The position numbers and the translations under genes were made by a program. 64,000 bases of DNA from a virus (lineage: Duplodnaviria; Caudoviricetes): positions 2,050 to 66,049 of the IMG/VR virus record IMGVR_UViG_3300046787_000352. The stretch is one strand, 5' to 3'. Shown here in pieces: positions 18,592-26,764 of this stretch. The stretch's first letter is position 1. Each line of letters begins with the position of its first letter. The notes under the pieces were generated by a model, which did not search any database, had not been told where the DNA came from, and saw only the letters and a program-made list of their open reading frames with translations.

Positions 18592-18954
18592 TTAAAAAGT
18601 TGTGTGCAGTTGGTGCGTTGCATGAATCATGTCGTACAACTCGTCTGCGTCATTGCCGCCTGCTCTGTATTCTTCGGCTCCGTCTTCACCTATTGCTAGG
18701 AAACGGAAGCTGGCCTCGAATACTTCCTCGGCTTCGGACATGAGTTTGTAGTGCGAAGCTACATCGGGGTAGCTCTCATACCACTTCACATCGTCGATCT
18801 TGAACACGATGTACTTGTCTTCGTGGTCTCGTGTCTCGTTGATTGCCTGTGTCATCCACGCATCGTTCTTGTGCAGCACTACATCTCTGAATGTTGCACG
18901 CTCGTTTGCGTCTTTGAATTGAATGGCGTATGCCACGTCACTGCGGTAGCCCAT
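18592..18954 (-). CDS. conserved phage early protein (MGYRSDV...KWY...IGED)
   Basis: Recognisable conserved motifs; RBS AGGAGA. Confidence 0.7.
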   Translation of the reverse strand: MGYRSDVAYAIQFKDANERATFRDVVLHKNDAWMTQAINETRDHEDKYIVFKIDDVKWYESYPDVASHYKLMSEAEEVFEASFRFLAIGEDGAEEYRAGGNDADELYDMIHATHQLHTTF

Positions 18955-19213
18955 CGGTTTTCTCCTTGGTTAGTTTGTTGATAAGTCTGCGCATACCGAA
19001 CTGCTGATACACGATGTTCGATTTGGTTGCGGGTTTCTTCGGGTCTGCGAGTAGCAACCACATACCACTGCTAGGCCATGCTTCGTAGCGCAACCCGTTG
19101 TGGTCTATGCGAATGTGCTGACCGTTGTTGAACACCTCGTGGTCAATGCCAGCGATGGTGAGTAGTGTTGGGGTGCATTGCACCCACCAGTCTTTGGTTT
19201 CTTTTGCGTCCAT
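18938..19213 (-). CDS. hypothetical protein
   Basis: 91-aa ORF starting just downstream of the palindrome at 19221. Confidence 0.55.
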   Translation of the reverse strand: MDAKETKDWWVQCTPTLLTIAGIDHEVFNNGQHIRIDHNGLRYEAWPSSGMWLLLADPKKPATKSNIVYQQFGMRRLINKLTKEKTDGLPQ

Positions 19214-19260
19214 GTTTTGCGTGGGACACCGTGTCCCACAGAAAGATGTTGATAGTGAAG

Positions 19261-19920
19261 TCAGAGGGTGCGCCCATCCTCGTCAAACTCCCACTCGTTG
19301 TGCTCACACGCGTCAGCGATCTGCTCAGGCGAACACAACCACTCGTACTCCTCCTCTAGTTGCTTGTAACAGCGACGTGCATACTCACCCGCCTCGGTCT
19401 GCATCCACTCATGCAGTGAGCTGAGCAACCCATCTATGTCGATCTCACGCCCGATGTTCTCGACGTTCACACCTTTGAACATGCCGTGTGTTAGTACGTC
19501 AGGCTCGTCTACTGCGCGGTACGTGTAGTCCTCGGGTTCCTCTACCGTAGTGACATGGCCACGGTATTGGCGATTGCTCACGCTCACCCTATGCTGTACC
19601 CAGTCGTCGTCGATCAGGTCACGCAGTATTAGGTAGCGTGCATAGTCGGTGTGCTCAGGTGTGAGGTGTGCGTCAAGAAAGTCAGCGATACGTATTGACC
19701 CATTCCATGAGGCGTAGTCACCCTGTGAGTAGAAGCCTGAGAAATTTATCTCGTCAACGTCGAACCCTTTCTCTGGCCCCTGTGACTTTAGGTCGTCGAT
19801 CGTGAACTCCCACCAGTCGTAGCCCATGCAGTCGTCGCAGTACCACTGGTGCACTCGCTCCTTGGCCTTCTCACTCAGCTCGTTGTACTTGTAAACAAGT
19901 TTCTCTATTACTCGTGGCAT
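19261..19920 (-). CDS. acidic conserved early protein (FSGFYSQGD family)
   Basis: FSGFYSQGDYASW and YKQLEEEYEWL...NEWEFDEDG; RBS GGAGG. Confidence 0.7.
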   Translation of the reverse strand: MPRVIEKLVYKYNELSEKAKERVHQWYCDDCMGYDWWEFTIDDLKSQGPEKGFDVDEINFSGFYSQGDYASWNGSIRIADFLDAHLTPEHTDYARYLILRDLIDDDWVQHRVSVSNRQYRGHVTTVEEPEDYTYRAVDEPDVLTHGMFKGVNVENIGREIDIDGLLSSLHEWMQTEAGEYARRCYKQLEEEYEWLCSPEQIADACEHNEWEFDEDGRTL

Positions 19921-19984
19921 ATCAATCCTCCAAAAATAAAAAGTCAATCAATCGGCAAACCAAAACAAATGTGATGACGGTCAT

Positions 19985-20236
19985 TCATATCTCCTTGTTG
20001 TGCCAAGGTGGTGCCATCATCATGTACCCATGGTCAGGGTATCGCTCACACAAAATCTTGCGGAGGTCGTTGTACTTCTGCATCACCTCGGTGTACTTGA
20101 GGTGAAGCTCCCACACCTGTTCAGGTGTCGCATCGGGGTGGCGCATTAGCTTGAGCACACTAATGCCAATCCCCTTGTGGTGTGCAACGAATTGCACCCA
20201 CATCGTTCGCAGCTCTTTGCTTGGTAGCTTACTCAT
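19985..20236 (-). CDS. hypothetical protein
   Basis: 83-aa ORF. Confidence 0.55.
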   Translation of the reverse strand: MSKLPSKELRTMWVQFVAHHKGIGISVLKLMRHPDATPEQVWELHLKYTEVMQKYNDLRKILCERYPDHGYMMMAPPWHNKEI

Positions 20237-20384
20237 AGTGGCGTAGCGTTATCTTGTGCGCCCACTCACGGCCATGGTCATAGGCCCGCATCAAGCCCCA
20301 GTCTGCGTACCACGTGGTGTAGTGCGAACGGAACTCCCACACCCCATTGATGAAGGCGCGTAGTTTGTAAAGTTTGTATGTCAT
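20229..20384 (-). CDS. small hypothetical protein (51 aa, MTYKLYKLRAF...; absent from the ORF track)
   Basis: ATGA overlap with 20381..20764 and RBS AGGAGAG; manual translation is open to TAA at 20229. Confidence 0.45.
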   Translation of the reverse strand: MTYKLYKLRAFINGVWEFRSHYTTWYADWGLMRAYDHGREWAHKITLRHYE

Positions 20385-20764
20385 TGCTCTCTCTCCTTAA
20401 ATTGTTTTGCTAGGTTATCTAGCTCGTTGATTACGAAGTCGAGGGACTTCCATGTTGCATCGGCGAACGGGTCGTTATCCAATTCGTCGTAGTACACCTT
20501 GCTGTTAGGGCGCACGTCCATGTAGTGCGAACAGTCGAAGCCGAAGCACCACACACCGTCACTCTCTGGGTCTGCATACGTCAGCCCACCATGCACATCT
20601 ACCACGGCATCGTCATAATGTGCGCCGAAGTCAGGGTGTGTGCTTGGTAGGTAGATGTACCCGCACCACGAATCCATCACGGTGCGCCGTCTTGCAAGGC
20701 ACACGAACCCGTGCGACTCAAACAAATGTTCGAGGGGTTCGCTTAGCCAAGGTTCGTTATTCAT
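20381..20764 (-). CDS. conserved phage protein (WCGY...VHGGLTY...GFDCSH)
   Basis: Strongly conserved motif set seen in many phage early proteins. Confidence 0.75.
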   Translation of the reverse strand: MNNEPWLSEPLEHLFESHGFVCLARRRTVMDSWCGYIYLPSTHPDFGAHYDDAVVDVHGGLTYADPESDGVWCFGFDCSHYMDVRPNSKVYYDELDNDPFADATWKSLDFVINELDNLAKQFKEREQ

Positions 20765-21038
20765 CTACTTTCCTTTCTCTCGACACAAGGTCGAGTATGT
20801 CCATGCCTGATCGCATGTCAGGTATATGTTGGTCGTTGATACGGTCGCCACGCAACACAGTTAAGAAGTAATAGCGCCTGTCTCCACTGCTTGACCAGCG
20901 CTGCTCAACGTACCCGAGAGATTCGTTCTGCCTAGTTAAATCAAGCAAGTGCAGACGCAATGTCTTCACCTCGAACAAACCCTCTGGGTTCTTGGCGCTA
21001 CTTAATATGGCGGGGGACAGCATCCATTCGTACTCCAT
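20757..21038 (-). CDS. hypothetical protein
   Basis: Coupled ORF. Confidence 0.5.
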   Translation of the reverse strand: MEYEWMLSPAILSSAKNPEGLFEVKTLRLHLLDLTRQNESLGYVEQRWSSSGDRRYYFLTVLRGDRINDQHIPDMRSGMDILDLVSRERKVDE

Positions 21039-21463
21039 CACCGCACCCAATATGTGTAGGCACCCCACTCCACGGCGGTGTAGTCAGCCTTGAGGTTGTC
21101 GGCTGTCGCCTCCCAGTCAATCACGACATAGGTTGGCATGTTGCGTGGTATAGCGCCCAAGTCATCGGTCAGTTGCTCGGCATACTCCGTCCAGTGCTCG
21201 TCCAGAATCAACTGCACCCCATGGTGCCAGTCGGAGCAGTATTGCTCGGCCTCGTTACAGAATTCTTCGAGCGCCTTGTACTCCTCGCCATGCTCGTCGT
21301 CCCATGCGTCGAGGTTTTCTTGCGCCGCCTCCTTGTCGTCCTCGGTATCGGCTTCGTCCACAGCATCGACTAGCGCCGCCCTGTCTGTGGCCATTTCAGT
21401 TAGTAGCTCGGCCAGCTCGCGGCTGTCGATGGTGTCGTCACCGTTGTAGTTTGTGTAACTCAT
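21038..21463 (-). CDS. highly acidic protein with ArdA-like C-terminus (putative antirestriction/DNA mimic)
   Basis: D/E-rich; EYAEQLTDDLG...YVVIDWEATADNL..DY resembles the ArdA C-terminal YxDYExxxRDL pattern; RBS GAGGAG. Confidence 0.55.
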   Translation of the reverse strand: MSYTNYNGDDTIDSRELAELLTEMATDRAALVDAVDEADTEDDKEAAQENLDAWDDEHGEEYKALEEFCNEAEQYCSDWHHGVQLILDEHWTEYAEQLTDDLGAIPRNMPTYVVIDWEATADNLKADYTAVEWGAYTYWVR

Positions 21464-21657
21464 GCTGTCTCTCCTCGTGATTGAATGTTTGCTTTGATTA
21501 GTACGCCCTGTGCGTACAGGTTGCACGCCTTCTCGAACTCAGGCGTATTGGGGTTCATGAGCGGCATCGCGGCGGCTAGTAGCTCCATGATGCCCTCGGC
21601 TTGGCGCAGTGCCTTGGCACGTTGCTCTGGTGTCTTGATCTGGTTTCTCATTGTCAT
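21460..21657 (-). CDS. hypothetical protein
   Basis: RBS AGGAGA; 65 aa. Confidence 0.55.
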   Translation of the reverse strand: MTMRNQIKTPEQRAKALRQAEGIMELLAAAMPLMNPNTPEFEKACNLYAQGVLIKANIQSRGETA

Positions 21658-21680
21658 GGTTTCTCCTAAACAAGTTGCTA

Positions 21681-21962
21681 CTAGACCGTAGTAGCCACGG
21701 TGGTGGGACAGGGTGTCCCACGGGGTTCTTTCTCGGCATGGCGCACCTCTACTTTGGCATAGCGCACGGCGTCCTCGGGTGTGTTGTGTATTCGTGCCAT
21801 CTTGAGTACCTCGCCATCGGGCCAGTAAATCACTGTGCCCCATGCTCTTTCTTCCTCTGCGGCTTCGGGGCCTGAGTACCACGGGTAGCGATACACCAGT
21901 TGGCACACCACACCACGGTACTCAAACAGGTCGCCCGTGTAGCTGTCTTCGTCGTGTGTCAT
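21681..21962 (-). CDS. hypothetical protein (LFExxGxVC...PEDA family)
   Basis: ATGA-coupled; 3' end reads through the palindrome at 21703 (GTPCPT). Confidence 0.55.
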   Translation of the reverse strand: MTHDEDSYTGDLFEYRGVVCQLVYRYPWYSGPEAAEEERAWGTVIYWPDGEVLKMARIHNTPEDAVRYAKVEVRHAEKEPRGTPCPTTVATTV

Positions 21963-22186
21963 CTGTACGCCCCATTCTTTTCTTGGTTGACCATGACCCG
22001 CGCCATCTTTATTGCGTCTTCTGGCTTGGTGTACCAGTTCGACTGGTTGTGGGTGCCGTCCTTGCGATACATCAAGCCCTGATACCACGGCGGTTGGTTA
22101 GCACTGGTCTGCGCGGTGCGCAAGGCACACACATAGCCGCTATGCTCGAACAGTTCCATCTCGTCTGAATTGAACCTAATACTCAT
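21959..22186 (-). CDS. hypothetical protein (LFExxGxVC...PEDA family)
   Basis: RBS AGGAGAAG immediately after the palindrome at 22202. Confidence 0.6.
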   Translation of the reverse strand: MSIRFNSDEMELFEHSGYVCALRTAQTSANQPPWYQGLMYRKDGTHNQSNWYTKPEDAIKMARVMVNQEKNGAYR

Positions 22187-22224
22187 TGCTTCTCCTTGTT
22201 GGTGGGACAGGTTGTCCCACGGGT

Positions 22225-22878
22225 TTAATCCCACAGCTTCGGCACTCTCAGCTTCCACTGCATCTCTGTGGAGATTGCTCTCCACCGTTCGCCCACGCCA
22301 AACCGTTCGTTGGCCTCGACGTAATCTTGCCACCGTGCGCTAGGCGCTCGGCGTTGTTCTTTCAGGCGCTCCAGTTTTGAGTGGGCGCGGATGGATTCGA
22401 GCATCTCTAGGTAGTATTCGAGATGGTCTTTGGTGTTTGGGCACTGGTTGTACGCCGCGCGTTGGTTGTGCTTACGTAGCTGGTCTTTCACGGCGGCGAT
22501 CTCTTTGCCTAGCGGCTCAAGCATTACGTCCCACGACTCACGATATATCTGGCCCCACCGCTTCGTGATTGCGTCACGCCCTTTGTTTGCTCGGCTTGCT
22601 TCGCGCTTCTCGATTTCTCTATCAACAATGTATTGAGAGAGTTCGCCCGATTTGACCTTGGCCAGTAGCTCGTCGCGGCGTAGCTTGTCGATGGGCTTTT
22701 TCTTGGGCTGACATGATTTGCATCGGCTTGATTCGTACTCAAGGGTGACAGCTCCCGCGAACCCCCAAGCCTTCGACTGCGCCTTGGTGGCTTTGGCTTT
22801 GAATTCAGCGAGGGGTTTGATCGCTTTGCATACGGTGCACATGGCCGCCGCAGGCAGTGATTCCACGTCAATAGTCAT
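22225..22878 (-). CDS. basic zinc-finger protein (CxxC...CxxC)
   Basis: MCTVCKAIKPLAEF...SRCKSCQ; RBS AAGGAG. Confidence 0.7.
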   Translation of the reverse strand: MTIDVESLPAAAMCTVCKAIKPLAEFKAKATKAQSKAWGFAGAVTLEYESSRCKSCQPKKKPIDKLRRDELLAKVKSGELSQYIVDREIEKREASRANKGRDAITKRWGQIYRESWDVMLEPLGKEIAAVKDQLRKHNQRAAYNQCPNTKDHLEYYLEMLESIRAHSKLERLKEQRRAPSARWQDYVEANERFGVGERWRAISTEMQWKLRVPKLWD

Positions 22879-22899
22879 ACTTACTCCTTACGTTTTGCC

Positions 22900-23253
22900 G
22901 TGGGATACCCACTAGGCAAGTTGCAGATACCCACTAAAGCCATGGTGGTGGACAGTATGGTGGGTGATATTTTGAGCCCCGAGTATACATCGTTTTAGGG
23001 GGGGTGTACCCACAAGACCTATCTCGTAGCAAGAACGCTATCGCCAAAAAGGGTAAAAACCTATTTGTATTAACGCCTAACCACACCCACGTGACCCACT
23101 TTATATATATATCTTAATAAATCTATTTATATATATATAGGTGTAGTGGGTGCTGGGTGTGGGTTCGCTAATATCCATGCGGGTTTGAGGGTGGCCCACC
23201 CCTTGTCCACTACTATGGCTTTAGTGGGTATTTCGCCTGTTTCAGGTGGGTAT
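22900..23253. repeat. long imperfect inverted repeat with (TA)n core; candidate origin or structured RNA
   Basis: 22927-22954 versus 23204-23231 match 26/28 as an inverted repeat; inner CCACACCCA..ACCCACT / AGTGGGT..TGGGTGTGG flank TATATA runs at about 23101-23139. Confidence 0.8.
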
Positions 23254-23256
23254 GCC

Positions 23257-23412
23257 TTACCCATGACTTCTCCAAAACAAGTTGGTGGGACATGGTGTCC
23301 CACGGCGTCGATGGTCTGCGATAGCGAGGAGGCGGTGCTCCTCACGCAAGGCGCGCAAGCGCTCACGATACCAAGCCACATAGACGGGCAGTGTGAGGGG
23401 TAGTTGTTTCAT
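23257..23412 (-). CDS. small hypothetical protein
   Basis: ATGA-coupled to 23409..23603; reads through the palindrome at 23285. Confidence 0.4.
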   Translation of the reverse strand: MKQLPLTLPVYVAWYRERLRALREEHRLLAIADHRRRGTPCPTNLFWRSHG

Positions 23413-23603
23413 AGTGCCCCCATCGTGCCGCTGTGGCGGTAGTGTGTGAAGCCTTGCACCAGCGCCCATGCCTTGGCCATCTTGTACAGCGTGTCGTATT
23501 CGTGGCCCTCGAATGTTTTGATTAGCTTGTTGCGGTAGAACAGGTCGAAGGCGTAGCCTGACGAACCCCATGGGTGATACGTGCTGAGCGTGACGGTTTT
23601 CAT
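23409..23603 (-). CDS. small hypothetical early protein
   Basis: RBS GGAGAAG before ATG 23603. Confidence 0.55.
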   Translation of the reverse strand: MKTVTLSTYHPWGSSGYAFDLFYRNKLIKTFEGHEYDTLYKMAKAWALVQGFTHYRHSGTMGAL

Positions 23604-23747
23604 GCTGGCTTCTCCAAAATAGGTTTGTGGGAATAAATGCGCAACGAAGCGCGGTGGACACGGAATGGAACAGCAGTCAGGCGAGGCGCTCCCGCCCTTC
23701 TGCGTAGGTTTTGTAAAACACGTTGGTGGGACACGGTGTCCCACGCA

Positions 23748-24173
23748 TTACGCATTGAGTGCTTTGAAGACAGCGGCGGCACGTTTCTTGTCGCCACCAC
23801 AAGCGGCCAAGAAGGCTTTGAAGGCTTCGCGCTCGGCGGCAGTCACGCGCATCTTGGTTGGCTCGGCGCGTGCTCGCTCGGTGGACTTGAAATGCACCAT
23901 GACGTTGCGCTCCCAAGACTTACGGGCCGAGTCGTTGCGGGTGTCGCGGGTTGATTCGTCGCCGTCATAGAACACGGCAGAGCCTGCGGCGTTCCATGTG
24001 TAGTTGCACTGGTACTTCTTGGCGTGTACCTTGGCCAGTGCCTCTAGTAGCGTGGGACATGGTGTCCCACCGAGCGCGGCGGCGGCTTGGCTTAGTGCGT
24101 CACCGTATGACATGCCAGCCTGCAAGAAGGCTTCGTACTTGGCGGCGATAGATTGAATGTTGATTGAAGTCAT
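23748..24173 (-). CDS. first early gene, hypothetical protein (contains the palindrome at 24052)
   Basis: RBS AAAGGA; 141 aa; basic helical C-terminus. Confidence 0.7.
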   Translation of the reverse strand: MTSINIQSIAAKYEAFLQAGMSYGDALSQAAAALGGTPCPTLLEALAKVHAKKYQCNYTWNAAGSAVFYDGDESTRDTRNDSARKSWERNVMVHFKSTERARAEPTKMRVTAAEREAFKAFLAACGGDKKRAAAVFKALNA

Positions 24174-24456
24174 GATATTTCCTTTGGTTATGTATCAAGC
24201 AGAGAACCATTCCCTACTCGATGCCTCTATTGTATGACAACACGTTTTCAAAAGGGGTTGACAACACCCAAATCGGCCAGTTCCGAACCCCACCTACCCC
24301 CCACATCCCCTTTTTGACGTACCCATGGCCGTCGCGTATGAACACTGTTCCACATCGACTTTCAGCAAATTTGTCAAACACTGTCCACTTATAGCCAAAA
24401 GTATTACATCAAAAATTTTATAAAAAATTGGCCAGGTTTTTGTCAAATGCCAGGCG

Positions 24457-24487
24457 AAAAAAAAGCCCCGGGTTTGATGCCGGGGCT
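24457..24487 (-). terminator. rho-independent terminator-like hairpin on the minus strand
   Basis: Minus strand AGCCCCGG-catcaaac-CCGGGGCT followed by a T-run. Confidence 0.6.
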
Positions 24488-24591
24488 GAATGGGTTTTAC
24501 CCCAGAGGAGAAGCAATGCAGGCAACTGCTTGCCGCACTACCGGAAATGAGTGTACACTCCGCGCATCGAGGTGACAACAGGAGCCTTCGC

Positions 24592-25212
24592 TTGTTTGAA
24601 GATTTGGTGCAATTTAATCCGGAACCCACACCGTCTGGAAACTTCAAGCCCATCGACGAGATGGGGCCAGCTACCGTGCTTGACGCACAGGTGGCTACAG
24701 CTGATTGGCTGGAAGAGATCGGCGCGCCTCCCGATGAGGACGCCCACGCAGAGGCAACGCAAAAGTTGGCCCGGGCTGCGTTCACCGCCATGATTACTGA
24801 CTCGGACGAGGGCACACAGCGCAAAGCGCTCACCACCCTGAAGACACCCGAGGCGGTAAGACACATCACCGGCATGCTGGCAGCCTACGACTGGGAATTT
24901 GTCGAGCAGGCCAAAGAGCTCCGCGGCTACGCCGTGGCGCAAATCTTCGAAGAGACCAAACACCCCGACGCCAAGATTCGACTCAAAGCACTTGAGATGC
25001 TGGGCAAGGTCACGGAAGTGGCGCTGTTCACGGAACGCGTTGAGGTCAAGAAGGCTGAGATGAGCGACCACGAGCTCGAGGCCAAGATCAAAGAGAAGCT
25101 GAACAAGTTCATGAAGGTCGTGGACGTGGTCGATGTAAGGGACGTGTCAGAAGACACCCCGGCCGAAGACCCCACCCCCGCACTCCCCAAACCAGAAACG
25201 GACGACGAGTGA
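24592..25212 (+). CDS. terS: putative terminase small subunit
   Basis: Directly upstream of and overlapping terL; HPDAKIRLKALEMLGK...FTERVEV motif; TTG start after AGGAG (the ORF track starts at 24490). Confidence 0.6.
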   Translation: MFEDLVQFNPEPTPSGNFKPIDEMGPATVLDAQVATADWLEEIGAPPDEDAHAEATQKLARAAFTAMITDSDEGTQRKALTTLKTPEAVRHITGMLAAYDWEFVEQAKELRGYAVAQIFEETKHPDAKIRLKALEMLGKVTEVALFTERVEVKKAEMSDHELEAKIKEKLNKFMKVVDVVDVRDVSEDTPAEDPTPALPKPETDDE

Positions 25213-26750
25213 ACCTTGACGCCCTGACCACGCTTAGTAAGGAGGAGCTATTGGCTCTCCAAAAGGCGTTGCCGACAATGTCGCTCCAAGACAAGATGGA
25301 GCTGTTCGACATGTTGGAGGTGCGCGAGAAGCGCGCCAGCCTGGCGGCCGCCCAAGGGAACATGCTCGGGTTCGCCAACGCCGTCTACCCAGGATTCAAG
25401 GTCGGGCCGCACCACAGGAAGCTGGCCAAGATTTTCCAAGACGTGATCGACGGCAAGAAGAAGCGCGTCATCATCAACATCGCGCCGCGTATGGGCAAGT
25501 CTGAGTTTAGCTCCTACCTGTTCCCAGCGTACTTCCTAGGTAATAACCCTAACAAGAAGATCATCATGGGCACGCACACGGCGGGCCTGTCCGAAGACTT
25601 CGGTCGACGGATTCGAAACCTGCTCGACTCGGAGGAGTACCGTGAAGTTTTCCCCAACACGCAGGTGGCGGCCGACCAGAAGGCTGCTGGTAAATGGTCT
25701 ACAAGCGCTGGCGGTCAGTACTATGCTGCTGGTGTCGGCGGTGCTCTTGCTGGTCGTGGTGCTGACTTGTTCGTTATTGATGACCCGCACTCGGAACAGG
25801 ATGTAAAGACAAACTCGCGCCTGGCGTTCGACACGGCGTGGTCGTGGTTCCAGACTGGCCCCTTGCAGCGTTTGATGCCGGGCGGCGCGATCATAGTCAT
25901 CATGACGCGGTGGAGTCTGCTGGACCTGACCGGCCGGCTGATCGACTACCAGATGAAGAACCCGAACGCGATTCCATGGGAGATCGTGGAGCTGCCAGCC
26001 ATTCTGAACGAGGACACCGAGAACGAGAAATCACTCTGGCCGGAGCAGTGGCCACTGGCGTCCTTGAAGTCGACGAAGGCTTCGCTGGACCCACAGTATT
26101 GGAACGCGCAGTACATGCAGCAGCCCACATCGGACTCAGCTGCCATCGTGTCGAGAAAGAGCTGGCGCATTTGGGAGAGCGACGAGCCGCCCAAGTGTGA
26201 GTACGTCATCCAGAGCTGGGACACGGCCTTTGAAGCCAAGACCCGGTCGGACTATTCTGCGTGCACCACGTGGGGCGTCTTCTATAACGAGGAAGAGAAT
26301 CACACACCGCAGGTCATCTTGCTGGACGCGTTCAAGGACCGCATGGAGTTTCCTGAGCTCAAGGCCGTGGCGCTGAAACACTACCGCGAGTGGGAGCCAG
26401 ATGCGTTCGTGGTTGAAAAGAAAGCCGCCGGCGCGCCCCTCATCCAAGAGCTCAAGAACATGGGCATCTTCGTCCAAGAATTTACACCGAGCCGCGGAAA
26501 CGATAAGATCGTGCGTATGAACGCAGTGGCTGACTTGTTCTACTCAGGTAAAGTCTGGGCACCCGACACGCGCTGGGCGCGCGAAGTGATCGAAGAAGTT
26601 GCGTCGTTTCCGAACGGCGAGCACGACGACTACGTGGACACGACATCCCAAGCATTGCTGCGTTTCAGGCAAGGTGGTTTCATTCCGTTGGACTCCGACG
26701 AGCGTGACGAACCGACATTCTTCAAACGCAAAACTCACGCGTACTACTAG
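25209..26750 (+). CDS. terL: terminase large subunit
   Basis: NIAPRMGKS (Walker A), GRGADLFVIDDP, MTRW, YMQQP, SWDTA, HDDYVD nuclease motif. Confidence 0.96.
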   Translation: MNLDALTTLSKEELLALQKALPTMSLQDKMELFDMLEVREKRASLAAAQGNMLGFANAVYPGFKVGPHHRKLAKIFQDVIDGKKKRVIINIAPRMGKSEFSSYLFPAYFLGNNPNKKIIMGTHTAGLSEDFGRRIRNLLDSEEYREVFPNTQVAADQKAAGKWSTSAGGQYYAAGVGGALAGRGADLFVIDDPHSEQDVKTNSRLAFDTAWSWFQTGPLQRLMPGGAIIVIMTRWSLLDLTGRLIDYQMKNPNAIPWEIVELPAILNEDTENEKSLWPEQWPLASLKSTKASLDPQYWNAQYMQQPTSDSAAIVSRKSWRIWESDEPPKCEYVIQSWDTAFEAKTRSDYSACTTWGVFYNEEENHTPQVILLDAFKDRMEFPELKAVALKHYREWEPDAFVVEKKAAGAPLIQELKNMGIFVQEFTPSRGNDKIVRMNAVADLFYSGKVWAPDTRWAREVIEEVASFPNGEHDDYVDTTSQALLRFRQGGFIPLDSDERDEPTFFKRKTHAYY

Positions 26751-26764
26751 GAAAGATTTAGCAC

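Larger units (their letters stand above)
19221..24070. repeat. dispersed palindromic repeat GTGGGACA-N3-TGTCCCAC, 6 copies (19221, 21703, 22202, 23285, 23726, 24052)
   Basis: Read directly; loops CCG, GGG, GGT, TGG, CGG, TGG; the 8-bp arms are invariant. Confidence 0.92.

Noticed and set aside
23127-23264. 45-codon ORF (MGKAYPP...) after an RBS inside the long hairpin
   Set aside because: It lies wholly within the inverted-repeat arm and ends in the TA run; its sequence seems dictated by structure, so coding status is unsupported
19221-24070. Palindromic repeats as a CRISPR array or integron attC sites
   Set aside because: Spacing is 326-2482 bp and irregular, copies lie inside genes, and no cas operon or tyrosine recombinase is visible; there are no attC R-box or extrahelical-base features
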